Positions 8,641-16,088 of a DNA stretch of 64,000 bases are shown here, piece after piece. The stretch is from a virus. Its lineage: Duplodnaviria > Caudoviricetes. Made by a program: the position numbers and the translations under genes. The notes below the pieces were generated by a model that saw only the letters and a list, made by a program, of their open reading frames with translations, was not told where the DNA came from and made no database searches. The stretch's first letter is position 1; each line of letters opens with the position of its first letter. The DNA lies in IMG/VR virus record IMGVR_UViG_3300029288_007102, positions 1 to 64,000 of that record; one strand, given 5' to 3'.

Positions 8641-8877
8641 ATGGGCATGCAACTATCGATAAATGTTTCATCGGAGGCGGTCGCAGCGATCAAAGAAATG
8701 ATCAGGGAACAGGGATACGAACCCCCAAAAGAATCGGATCTCCGGGATGCTTTAGAAACTGACCTGGAAGGAAACTTTGATTACGAGATGCAGTTTGAGA
8801 AGGATGCTATCTTTACTTTTGTTGAATGGTTGATTAACAATTGGGAGTTGAAGAAGATTGAGAAGGGGGCAAAATAA
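8641..8877 (+). CDS. Hypothetical protein, paralog of previous ORF
   Basis: MQLSINVSSE..I..M....GYEP. Confidence 0.7.
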   Translation: MGMQLSINVSSEAVAAIKEMIREQGYEPPKESDLRDALETDLEGNFDYEMQFEKDAIFTFVEWLINNWELKKIEKGAK

Positions 8878-8878
8878 T

Positions 8879-9112
8879 ATGGCTTTAGGTGTATGGAAAA
8901 CTGAGTATACAAAACTTATGAGCTGTAGCGGTATGACGGCGGATTGGTTTAGCGACAGGTTAAATGATATGCATACCTTTTTTGTAGGCGATGAGAATGA
9001 CCGACAACTAGCCCTTAAAGAGGCTGATGCGATTAAGGATCAAGAGACTAAGGAAGAGGTTAGGGAGATCTTACAGAAAATGGAATTAGAGGTAGATTAC
9101 AGTTTCTTCTAG
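8879..9112 (+). CDS. Hypothetical protein
   Basis: ATG after GGGGG RBS. Confidence 0.6.
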   Translation: MALGVWKTEYTKLMSCSGMTADWFSDRLNDMHTFFVGDENDRQLALKEADAIKDQETKEEVREILQKMELEVDYSFF

Positions 9113-9121
9113 GGAGACGGG

Positions 9122-9337
9122 ATGCGGTTGGAATATAAGTTTGGTAAATGGGAATATGAGATCATTAAGAATGAGGGTTCCGGCCTTCAGGGGTATGGTT
9201 ATCGCTTGGGGGTATATCAAAACGATAAGAAGGTCTATGAGGGTGGCTCTTATGTGAGCGAGGCTGCGGCAATGAGTAAGGCAATAGATGTGATCCTGGA
9301 GGGAGAATTCGGGATAGATATGTCTTCTGATGAGTAA
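9122..9337 (+). CDS. Hypothetical protein
   Basis: GGGAG RBS. Confidence 0.6.
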   Translation: MRLEYKFGKWEYEIIKNEGSGLQGYGYRLGVYQNDKKVYEGGSYVSEAAAMSKAIDVILEGEFGIDMSSDE

Positions 9338-9416
9338 GCCGACAAGGTTCGCACATTGGAAGTGGTTGCGGGTAGATCCTAAGTGGCAGCAGATTAGGAG
9401 AGCGGAGGAGAAACAT

Positions 9417-9650
9417 ATGGGTTGGGTGAAGGAGGCGGCAAAGGAGCAAGAGGTTGTTGACATTGCCGTAATCTATGAAGTCTCGGTTGAGAAGTTCAAT
9501 AATTTTAACTGCGGTACCAATTGCCAATATCTGAGTGGCGGTAACGGTTCTTACTCTTGCACTTTGTTTGAGAAGCTCTTGGAGAATAGTCCTACTGAGA
9601 TCAAGAGAACTTCTGAATGTTTCAATGCTGAAAATCGGTGGAGGAAATAA
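9417..9650 (+). CDS. W-leader Cys-rich protein (MGWVKEA)
   Basis: GGAGG RBS before ATG 9417 inside track ORF 9330-9650; C..C....C...C. Confidence 0.7.
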   Translation: MGWVKEAAKEQEVVDIAVIYEVSVEKFNNFNCGTNCQYLSGGNGSYSCTLFEKLLENSPTEIKRTSECFNAENRWRK

Positions 9651-9877
9651 TGCGTTGGTTAAAGGCTGATAATATTAAGGCGGCTGAGGAACCTGTAAAC
9701 TTTGGAGACCTGAAGAATGGTGAGAAGTTCAATGCTACCTATGTAGGAGAGCGTCAAGAGGCTGTACTGGAAAAAGTGAATGATCATACTGGGGTATATG
9801 TTGAACCCTCTAAAGAAGGGATGCTCGGCAAGAGGCTTTTGGTGTATCCGGATTCTAAAGTATATAGGGTGGAATAA
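9650..9877 (+). CDS. W-leader small beta-barrel protein (MRWLKA)
   Basis: TAATG coupling; FGDLKNGEKF SH3/KOW-like start. Confidence 0.7.
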   Translation: MRWLKADNIKAAEEPVNFGDLKNGEKFNATYVGERQEAVLEKVNDHTGVYVEPSKEGMLGKRLLVYPDSKVYRVE

Positions 9878-9878
9878 T

Positions 9879-10025
9879 ATGGGAAAGAAGAAAAGGTTGA
9901 CTCTCTAGGACAAGGCAGTGCTAGCCTTGAAGGCTGCGGTCAGAGGGGTAGTCAGGCAGCACAAGAAGTCGGGCCGCCCTTTAATAATCTGGGAGAATGG
10001 GAAGGTAGTTTACAAGAAGGTATAG
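9879..10025 (+). CDS. Small basic protein (48 aa, not in ORF track)
   Basis: ALKAAVRGVVRQHKKSGRPLIIWENGKVV. Confidence 0.6.
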
Positions 10026-10034
10026 GGGGCACCT

Positions 10035-10493
10035 GTGAAAGAAATAGGGTGGATAAATCCTCAGGGCGAATTTCTTCCTTTACGTGAACCTCACATAGAT
10101 TGGTTGGGGGACAATATTGATTTTGTGAGGAAGGTAATTGGAGTGGGTCTGGAGAATGAATGTTATAAGCAGGGCGATGTCTTGATGTTGGCGATGATCA
10201 AGAGTGGTTGGATCCGGGTCTTTGCTGCTTACAATGGTGGGTTTGGTTTTGGCGTACATTCGGAAGAACAATTTGCTGCTGTTGAAGATCACATAAAAGG
10301 AAGTCCTCCGGGCGGCAAGGTTTGGGTTAATATGCCAAATCGCCTTGAAGATATTTTTACTACTGTAGGGGAGATAGAGAAGTGTGGGCTTAGATTCCTT
10401 TTGGAAGAGGGAAAGAATTCTCAACCTTTTGAACACAGGTTTGAGTGGAGGGAAGATGGGCTGGCTTCGGCAGGCAACACAAGAGATCTTTAA
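10035..10493 (+). CDS. Hypothetical phage protein
   Basis: GWINPQG...H...GWIRV motif typical of small phage domains. Confidence 0.65.
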   Translation: MKEIGWINPQGEFLPLREPHIDWLGDNIDFVRKVIGVGLENECYKQGDVLMLAMIKSGWIRVFAAYNGGFGFGVHSEEQFAAVEDHIKGSPPGGKVWVNMPNRLEDIFTTVGEIEKCGLRFLLEEGKNSQPFEHRFEWREDGLASAGNTRDL

Positions 10494-10845
10494 ATTAGAG
10501 ACTGAGACAAATCTGGATGCTTTGATCGGCGACAAGCCCTACGAAGGTGGCGGTGAGTATGCCGACTTGAAAGATTATATGGCAAGAGTGAAGGGGTTGG
10601 TAGGAGAGATTGTGTATATGACCCCGGATGAATACTTAGAGAAGATACCTTATCAAGAACAGACAAAGAGTAGCATTGAATATATGAAGGCAAAGGTAGA
10701 TCGGGGAGAGAAACTTCCAATGCCCTGGCTGGACTACTCTGGCGGTAGGTTGAGCCAAGAGGGAAGAAACAGAGCGTACCTGGCCAAGGAATTGGGGATC
10801 CCCGAGATCCCAGTGTTGGTAGTAAACAAACCTAAGGGGAGATAA
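10456..10845 (+). CDS. ParB/Srx-like domain protein with MGWLRQA leader
   Basis: MTPDEYL...PWLDY...QEGRNRAYLAKELGIPEIPV; GGAGGG RBS before ATG 10456. Confidence 0.7.
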   Translation: MGWLRQATQEIFKLETETNLDALIGDKPYEGGGEYADLKDYMARVKGLVGEIVYMTPDEYLEKIPYQEQTKSSIEYMKAKVDRGEKLPMPWLDYSGGRLSQEGRNRAYLAKELGIPEIPVLVVNKPKGR

Positions 10846-10846
10846 T

Positions 10847-11131
10847 ATGAATTGGTTGCGGGAAGCTGAGAAACCTAAGTATACACAAGTGAAGACCTTT
10901 GAGGAAGTGAAGAAATTGTCCAACCGGGATGGCGGGGCTGATTTTATTATTCAGTTAAACTTTGGCGGGAAGGCGAGTTATCATTTAGCTTGGGATGGTG
11001 AGTTGATGTATGTCCTCAGCCTGGTGGATGACTCAGAGCAGGAGTTGACCCCGGAAGAATTTATGGATCCGGGGCAGACCAACTTCAAAGAGGCAATGGA
11101 AAAGGGTGCCTTGTACCACGAACAATTCTAA
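10847..11131 (+). CDS. W-leader small protein (MNWLREA)
   Basis: GGGAG RBS and leader. Confidence 0.75.
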   Translation: MNWLREAEKPKYTQVKTFEEVKKLSNRDGGADFIIQLNFGGKASYHLAWDGELMYVLSLVDDSEQELTPEEFMDPGQTNFKEAMEKGALYHEQF

Positions 11132-11141
11132 GGGGGAATAG

Positions 11142-11300
11142 ATGACTTGGATTAAGGAAGCTAAGGTTGGTAAGGCGGAAGACGATAAGATAATCAAGCT
11201 TCTGGATATGCTGGATGGTTATGGGATTGTCTTTACGGATGATGATATGGTAAGGAACAGGTTGCAAGAGATTGATTTGGAGTGGCTCTTTGGTAAATAG
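11142..11300 (+). CDS. W-leader small protein (MTWIKEA, 52 aa, not in ORF track)
   Basis: AGGGGG RBS and leader. Confidence 0.7.
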   Translation: MTWIKEAKVGKAEDDKIIKLLDMLDGYGIVFTDDDMVRNRLQEIDLEWLFGK

Positions 11301-11325
11301 TTAGAATGAAAAAAGGGAGGGTGCT

Positions 11326-11808
11326 ATGAAAAGATTGATGCTTTTAGTTCTAAGTTTGGTGGTGTTCTGCTCTGTGTTCTTAGGGTGTAATACGGCACAA
11401 GCTGAGTTCAGGCTGTCAGCTGAGCCAGTGCCAGGGTTGACCTTAGGGTTGTCCTCAGTTAACCTGGGCAACTACTACGACTTTAAGAGTTCACGAGTCT
11501 ACGGTGGGTTTGAGGCCTCGGTGGTTAATATAAAGAATCTTCTCTCTCTTGACATCGGGGGATTGAGCAATGGATCAAGGCAGGCACCTCTGGTAGCAAT
11601 AGGGGCGAATCTGATAGGGATATGTAATAAGTTTGGTTGGGAATATAAGCTCCCGGGTAATTTACAGCTAGTAGCGTTTTATTCTAGGAACTTCTTTTAT
11701 GAATCTGAATCGGAGGATCCGGCTGATCCGATAATTCAGAAGTGGTTTGTGGGTGTAGGTCTAGTGGTAGTGTTGCCGATTAATACTGCTCCGGCAGCTA
11801 CGCCGTAG
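11326..11808 (+). CDS. Secreted/outer-membrane beta-rich protein
   Basis: Signal peptide MKRLMLLVLSLVVF...AQA; alternating beta strands. Confidence 0.65.
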   Translation: MKRLMLLVLSLVVFCSVFLGCNTAQAEFRLSAEPVPGLTLGLSSVNLGNYYDFKSSRVYGGFEASVVNIKNLLSLDIGGLSNGSRQAPLVAIGANLIGICNKFGWEYKLPGNLQLVAFYSRNFFYESESEDPADPIIQKWFVGVGLVVVLPINTAPAATP

Positions 11809-11812
11809 AATT

Positions 11813-11884
11813 GCCCTTGTAGCTCAGTGGTAGAGCGGCAGTTTTGTAAACTGCGGGTCGGGAGTTCAAATCTCTTCGGGGGCT
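11813..11884 (+). tRNA. tRNA-Thr (UGU)
   Basis: Acceptor GCCCTTG/CGGGGGC, D-arm GCTC-AGTGGTA-GAGC, anticodon stem GCAGT-TT TGT AA-ACTGC, T-loop TTCAAAT; CCA not encoded. Confidence 0.95.
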
Positions 11885-11890
11885 TTAAAT

Positions 11891-12307
11891 ATTAAAGTCA
11901 AGTCAGGTTAAGTCGAGTGTAGTTAAGTCAAGGAGGTAGTCATGTCAAGTGGTAAATCGGAAGTACCAGAAAGTGAATTAGGCAGGAGATTAAGACAGCT
12001 TTCTCTATTAATACATGACGGAGAAAGAGAGAGAATTAGACATATGGTAGGGAAGCTATTGACAGTTGTTGATGGGGCTATAACTGATCCGGTTCAAAGA
12101 AAGGCTGTCAAAGATATGGTGGAATCTATTGTGTGGGGAACAGCTGTGGATTTAGAAAGAGACGTTAAGGAAACTATAGGTTTTCTTTGTGATACGTTAG
12201 AAGAGCCTCATGCCTGGACTGGTGGAGGAGAAAGGTGTGCTTTGAATCCATTTGAGGCGGGACAAGGTAAGATAAGCAAGTAAATAATAACCTGACTTGA
12301 CTTTAAT
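11891..12307. repeat. Perfect 20-bp inverted repeat pair enclosing one gene
   Basis: ATTAAAGTCAAGTCAGGTTA (11891-11910) is the exact reverse complement of TAACCTGACTTGACTTTAAT (12288-12307). Confidence 0.9.
11942..12283 (+). CDS. Hypothetical helical protein inside the inverted repeats
   Basis: AGGAGG RBS, 113 aa. Confidence 0.75.
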   Translation: MSSGKSEVPESELGRRLRQLSLLIHDGERERIRHMVGKLLTVVDGAITDPVQRKAVKDMVESIVWGTAVDLERDVKETIGFLCDTLEEPHAWTGGGERCALNPFEAGQGKISK

Positions 12308-12326
12308 GAATGAATGGAGAATGAGA

Positions 12327-12638
12327 ATGAGACAAGGATGCCAAGCGATAGTTAGTCTGTATATAGTAGGGTCTACTAGGGAAGTTCTTGGGCCAGCGGT
12401 CAAAATAAACGATGTGTATATTGAGGGGGATCCTGGCTATATGATCAACCCTACTTACTGGAAGATTGGTAGTAGTTTTGATTCTAACCGTACTGATTAT
12501 GTTTGTGTGCGGCAGGGCGTAATAGAAAAGGAAGATGTCGAGGAGTTGAGGAAATATTTGCATGAAGAGATAGATTTCCAGATCAAGACACTTGGTGGTT
12601 TGTTAGGGAAAAAGAAGGTGAAGAGGGGGCACAAATGA
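12327..12638 (+). CDS. Hypothetical protein
   Basis: GGAG RBS; start uncertain. Confidence 0.6.
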   Translation: MRQGCQAIVSLYIVGSTREVLGPAVKINDVYIEGDPGYMINPTYWKIGSSFDSNRTDYVCVRQGVIEKEDVEELRKYLHEEIDFQIKTLGGLLGKKKVKRGHK

Positions 12639-13018
12639 AGTGTCCTAAGTGTGGGGAAACACAAAAGAATGGACTTCGGGGGGACCTGTTGTATCCCCAA
12701 AGTTATGAATTTGAATGTATATGTGGATGGAAGTTGTCTTATAGCGACCGTAAAGATCCTTTTGTAAAACCTACACAGAAAGAGGTGGATGCGGCTTTCA
12801 TAAATGCAACTATACAGACCTTGCCTCGGGAACATATTGAAGAGGGTGTCATCGTTGGCCTTACTGATCTATCTAAGGCGGATATAGTTTTTGGTAAAGA
12901 TATATTAAAGATTTGTTACAACGGCGACATATTCTATAAAGGCCGGAAGATCGTTACGGATCAAGAGTTAGTGTTAGCATTGAGGGAATTTGTGGCCGGA
13001 ACCAGGAAGATAGAATGA
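12635..13018 (+). CDS. Zn-ribbon hypothetical protein
   Basis: MKCPKCG...CICGW. Confidence 0.6.
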   Translation: MKCPKCGETQKNGLRGDLLYPQSYEFECICGWKLSYSDRKDPFVKPTQKEVDAAFINATIQTLPREHIEEGVIVGLTDLSKADIVFGKDILKICYNGDIFYKGRKIVTDQELVLALREFVAGTRKIE

Positions 13019-13221
13019 GGAGATGTGTTTATTGTGGTAGGAGAGAAACGGAAACGGTTTTAAATATTGAAGGGCATCTGCATCACATGGAGCCTTATAG
13101 ATGTATAGACACAAAGTCTTGCCAACGAATAACAAGACGAATGAAGAGGAGAACGAAAAATGGGCATAGAATTGATAAGGCAGAAGTTCATACGCAGAGA
13201 AGATCTCCAGAAGCATCGTGA
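13015..13221 (+). CDS. Small Zn-finger protein
   Basis: CVYCG...C....C. Confidence 0.5.
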   Translation: MRRCVYCGRRETETVLNIEGHLHHMEPYRCIDTKSCQRITRRMKRRTKNGHRIDKAEVHTQRRSPEAS

Positions 13222-14035
13222 TTGGTTGTTTCTCTTTGGAGATAACTTGAAGCACGAAGGGTTGGGTGGCCAGGCGAAAGAGATGCGGGGAGAATTGAAT
13301 GCTATAGGGATCCCCACAAAGAAGTCTCCAGGTACAGATGAATCGGCTTATATGACAGACTTGGAATTAGAAGAGAACAAGAAGGCGATTGATGAGGCTT
13401 TTGCTAAGGTCCGTGATGGGGTTACTGTGGTTCTCCCAGAGGATGGGGTAGGTACTGGATTAGCTAAACTCCCAGAGAAGGCCCCTGAGACTTTTAAATA
13501 TCTGCAAACAAAGATGGAAGAACTTTGCGATAAGGTTGTTAAGAGTAGTCAAATAATAAAAGGGGAAGAGTTGGACTCTTTCTTTCTTGGTTTTTCTGGC
13601 AAAGATTTTGAAAACTATGAGCTTACTGATGGGAAGTTCACGGAGTTAAAGAAAGACACTAACATATTTAAGAAGTTAACATATATATTCTACCCAGGCG
13701 ATAAGTATAAGGCTGAGAGTCTTACGACATTGCTGTGGATATGGATGGGAGAGAATGGGTTTAGGCAAGACAATCCTCCTCTTGGCCCGCATAACTTTGC
13801 AGAGACTGTTGATAAGCTTACTTACGCTGAGCTGATGGGGTTTAAGAAAAAGATAGATGAAGGTTATGAGTCTGGCTGTACCTGGCATATGAGTGCAGAG
13901 TGTTATGTGAGAGATCTTGGTGACCAAGGCAAGCCAGAATTGGGAAAGATATATGACTTGGATGGGCGTAAATGGAAGCTTACAAAAATTAAAAAGGATA
14001 GTGTTGAGCTGGAGAAGGTGGTTCCACATGGATAA
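13160..14035 (+). CDS. Macro-like nucleotide-binding phage domain fused to an unrelated C-terminal domain
   Basis: FLFGDNL...GLGGQA..MRG..NAIGIPTK...DGVGTGLAKLP motif. Confidence 0.6.
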   Translation: MGIELIRQKFIRREDLQKHRDWLFLFGDNLKHEGLGGQAKEMRGELNAIGIPTKKSPGTDESAYMTDLELEENKKAIDEAFAKVRDGVTVVLPEDGVGTGLAKLPEKAPETFKYLQTKMEELCDKVVKSSQIIKGEELDSFFLGFSGKDFENYELTDGKFTELKKDTNIFKKLTYIFYPGDKYKAESLTTLLWIWMGENGFRQDNPPLGPHNFAETVDKLTYAELMGFKKKIDEGYESGCTWHMSAECYVRDLGDQGKPELGKIYDLDGRKWKLTKIKKDSVELEKVVPHG

Positions 14036-14297
14036 GGAGAAAGAACCTGTTGACCTGCTCAGTACGGCATCCAGTGAAACGTTTGGAAAGCCTGTGCCGG
14101 AATTAGATAAACATACTATAGAGTTTTTAGATCAGACTGTTGACAAGGCTATGAGTAAATATTGGAATGAAATAGGAAATCTTTTTGGGATGAAGATCTG
14201 CGTTTCTCCACTTCTGAAAGGCGACCAGTGGTGGGTAGTAGTAAGCCAGGAAGTGTATGATAAAATTAAAGGAGCAAAGGCTGATGGCAAAGGTTAA
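14028..14297 (+). CDS. Hypothetical protein
   Basis: Packed ORF. Confidence 0.55.
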   Translation: MDKEKEPVDLLSTASSETFGKPVPELDKHTIEFLDQTVDKAMSKYWNEIGNLFGMKICVSPLLKGDQWWVVVSQEVYDKIKGAKADGKG

Positions 14298-14676
14298 ACC
14301 TGGTGAGTATGAGTTGGTAGATATAGATGAGACGGTAAAGGCAGAACCACCTGAGTTGGTGGATAATCTTATCCTGGAAAACGTTACATTATTGTTAGAG
14401 AAAGAGGGGGCGGTAGAGGGTGAGTTTAATGTGATTCAGCCTGTTGGGGCTGATTGGGGATATATAGAAGACAGAGAAGAAGAAGGTGGATTAAAAGGAT
14501 TTGGCCATATAGAAATGGGCTTTGAGATCTTCCAGGGTGATGAGATTGTAGGAACTGGGAAGGCGGTGGCCGGAGGATTTTATGATTATGAGGCGGATGA
14601 GAAGGGGGACATAACTGGTATGGGCAATTTTACTTTAATAGATCTTACAGTATTCGTAGAATCGGCGGAGGGATAA
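14284..14676 (+). CDS. Acidic hypothetical protein
   Basis: GGAG RBS. Confidence 0.65.
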   Translation: MAKVKPGEYELVDIDETVKAEPPELVDNLILENVTLLLEKEGAVEGEFNVIQPVGADWGYIEDREEEGGLKGFGHIEMGFEIFQGDEIVGTGKAVAGGFYDYEADEKGDITGMGNFTLIDLTVFVESAEG

Positions 14677-14677
14677 G

Positions 14678-14914
14678 ATGGCAAACGATAAAGTTTTTCA
14701 GGGTGGGTCTTTAGAGAGTTGGTATGAAGTCTTCCTGAGTGATGATGAACTGGGGACAATTACCCTTGATTCGTTTGACGACCTGGAAGAAGCTAAAGCT
14801 TTCCGTACCCAATACCTTAAAGACAACCTGGACGCTAAAGGTAAAGTGTGGATCGACCAATGGGAAGCCAAGGATGAAACTAGTGATCCTAAGTTTGTAA
14901 GGACAGTGGAATAA
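14678..14914 (+). CDS. Acidic hypothetical protein
   Basis: GGAGG RBS. Confidence 0.65.
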   Translation: MANDKVFQGGSLESWYEVFLSDDELGTITLDSFDDLEEAKAFRTQYLKDNLDAKGKVWIDQWEAKDETSDPKFVRTVE

Positions 14915-14915
14915 A

Positions 14916-15371
14916 ATGGTTGAATTGGTAAATTGGGAAAAAGTTGAAAAGGTGGCTAAGGAAAGCGGGTTAGATGTTTGGGGAGCAAAAGAGAGGGAAG
15001 AATTGGCCGAGAGGTTGGTGGATAATATGCCAGAATTAGATTGGGATCATCTAGCGGAAATATTAGATAAGGCTACTGACAATATAGATATAGAAACAAC
15101 CCCGGAGACGTTGACGGATCCTGGGGATCCGGAAGTCTTAGGTGGGCCAAAGCCTAGTCATTCTTATTTAGATGGCGTGGCCAAGATGACTGTGGACGAA
15201 GATGTAAAGATTTACTTTGAGCAGGACAGTCAGATGTTTAAGACGTTGGTCTCTGAGATTATGTTCCCGGCAGTTAAAGAGGAGTATCCGGAAGCAGTGG
15301 ATAGTGGAGACAGTGCGTTAGATGATAGGGTAGTTAGATTGTTCTTTGTTGTGGAGAGGGCAAATGAGTAA
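14916..15371 (+). CDS. Acidic hypothetical protein (NWEKVEKVAKES start)
   Basis: Packed ORF. Confidence 0.65.
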   Translation: MVELVNWEKVEKVAKESGLDVWGAKEREELAERLVDNMPELDWDHLAEILDKATDNIDIETTPETLTDPGDPEVLGGPKPSHSYLDGVAKMTVDEDVKIYFEQDSQMFKTLVSEIMFPAVKEEYPEAVDSGDSALDDRVVRLFFVVERANE

Positions 15372-15496
15372 AGCGGTTAGATGGTCAAAGACCCCTAAGT
15401 TATCTAAGAAAGAATTTAAGGCGGCAGTAGAGACTGGATGCTTTGGTAGATTGTTCTTTATAGAAGTGTATCAACCTGAAAAGAAAAGGGCGAAGA

Positions 15497-15901
15497 ATGA
15501 AAGAACTAGCCGTCCGTAAAGTTGATTTGACAGATCTTAATGGGCTCCCTGGACTCCTGGCACAATTAGAGGAAGGTGAACTAATAGATGCCGAGATGAG
15601 TGCGGAGACAAAGTTTTCTGATTATCTGGCAGTGATGCAGAAGATAGAGCATTTACCTTTTCCTAAGGTAAACCAGTGGGATCTTTTTCAGAGTGTGATG
15701 ATGCAGACGCCAATGATTAAAGTTTACTGGCATGCACATACAAAGCAGGGGTTGCGTAGGATCTATGCGATCCTCTTATATACCAGGCTGTTGACCTCAG
15801 GCGACCAGCAGGAGATCAAAGTCTTGGAAGAGCGAATCAAACAATTGGCGGAGAAGCCGAAGGAGATTGAGAATGAAAAAGAAAATACCGAAGTTGTATA
15901 A
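15497..15901 (+). CDS. Hypothetical protein, candidate terminase small subunit
   Basis: Size, C-terminal coiled coil and position just upstream of TerL; no diagnostic motif. Confidence 0.35.
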   Translation: MKELAVRKVDLTDLNGLPGLLAQLEEGELIDAEMSAETKFSDYLAVMQKIEHLPFPKVNQWDLFQSVMMQTPMIKVYWHAHTKQGLRRIYAILLYTRLLTSGDQQEIKVLEERIKQLAEKPKEIENEKENTEVV

Positions 15902-16073
15902 ATGTTTGTGCCAGTTGGCGGTGTATACCGGGAAGGACTTCCCGACACCAGACGGGAAGCTTTCGTTGCCTGTGAATATTTTAACTGACACGAACATTAA
16001 AAGATTAAGAATGCACATACACAAAGAGGTAGACGACTTGATGGATTTTGCTGAAAGAACTTACGAAGAATAG
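15873..16073 (+). CDS. Hypothetical protein
   Basis: Packed ORF. Confidence 0.5.
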   Translation: MKKKIPKLYKCLCQLAVYTGKDFPTPDGKLSLPVNILTDTNIKRLRMHIHKEVDDLMDFAERTYEE

Positions 16074-16088
16074 AAGTGATGGATATAT

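Noticed and set aside
4484-11300. Integron or CRISPR-like DNA repeat array explaining the repeated gene starts
   Set aside because: No attC-like palindromes or fixed-length repeats; genes abut or overlap and the motif varies at synonymous sites
11813-11910. Prophage attachment site at the tRNA
   Set aside because: No duplicated tRNA 3' end or integrase in the window; phage-like genes continue on both sides
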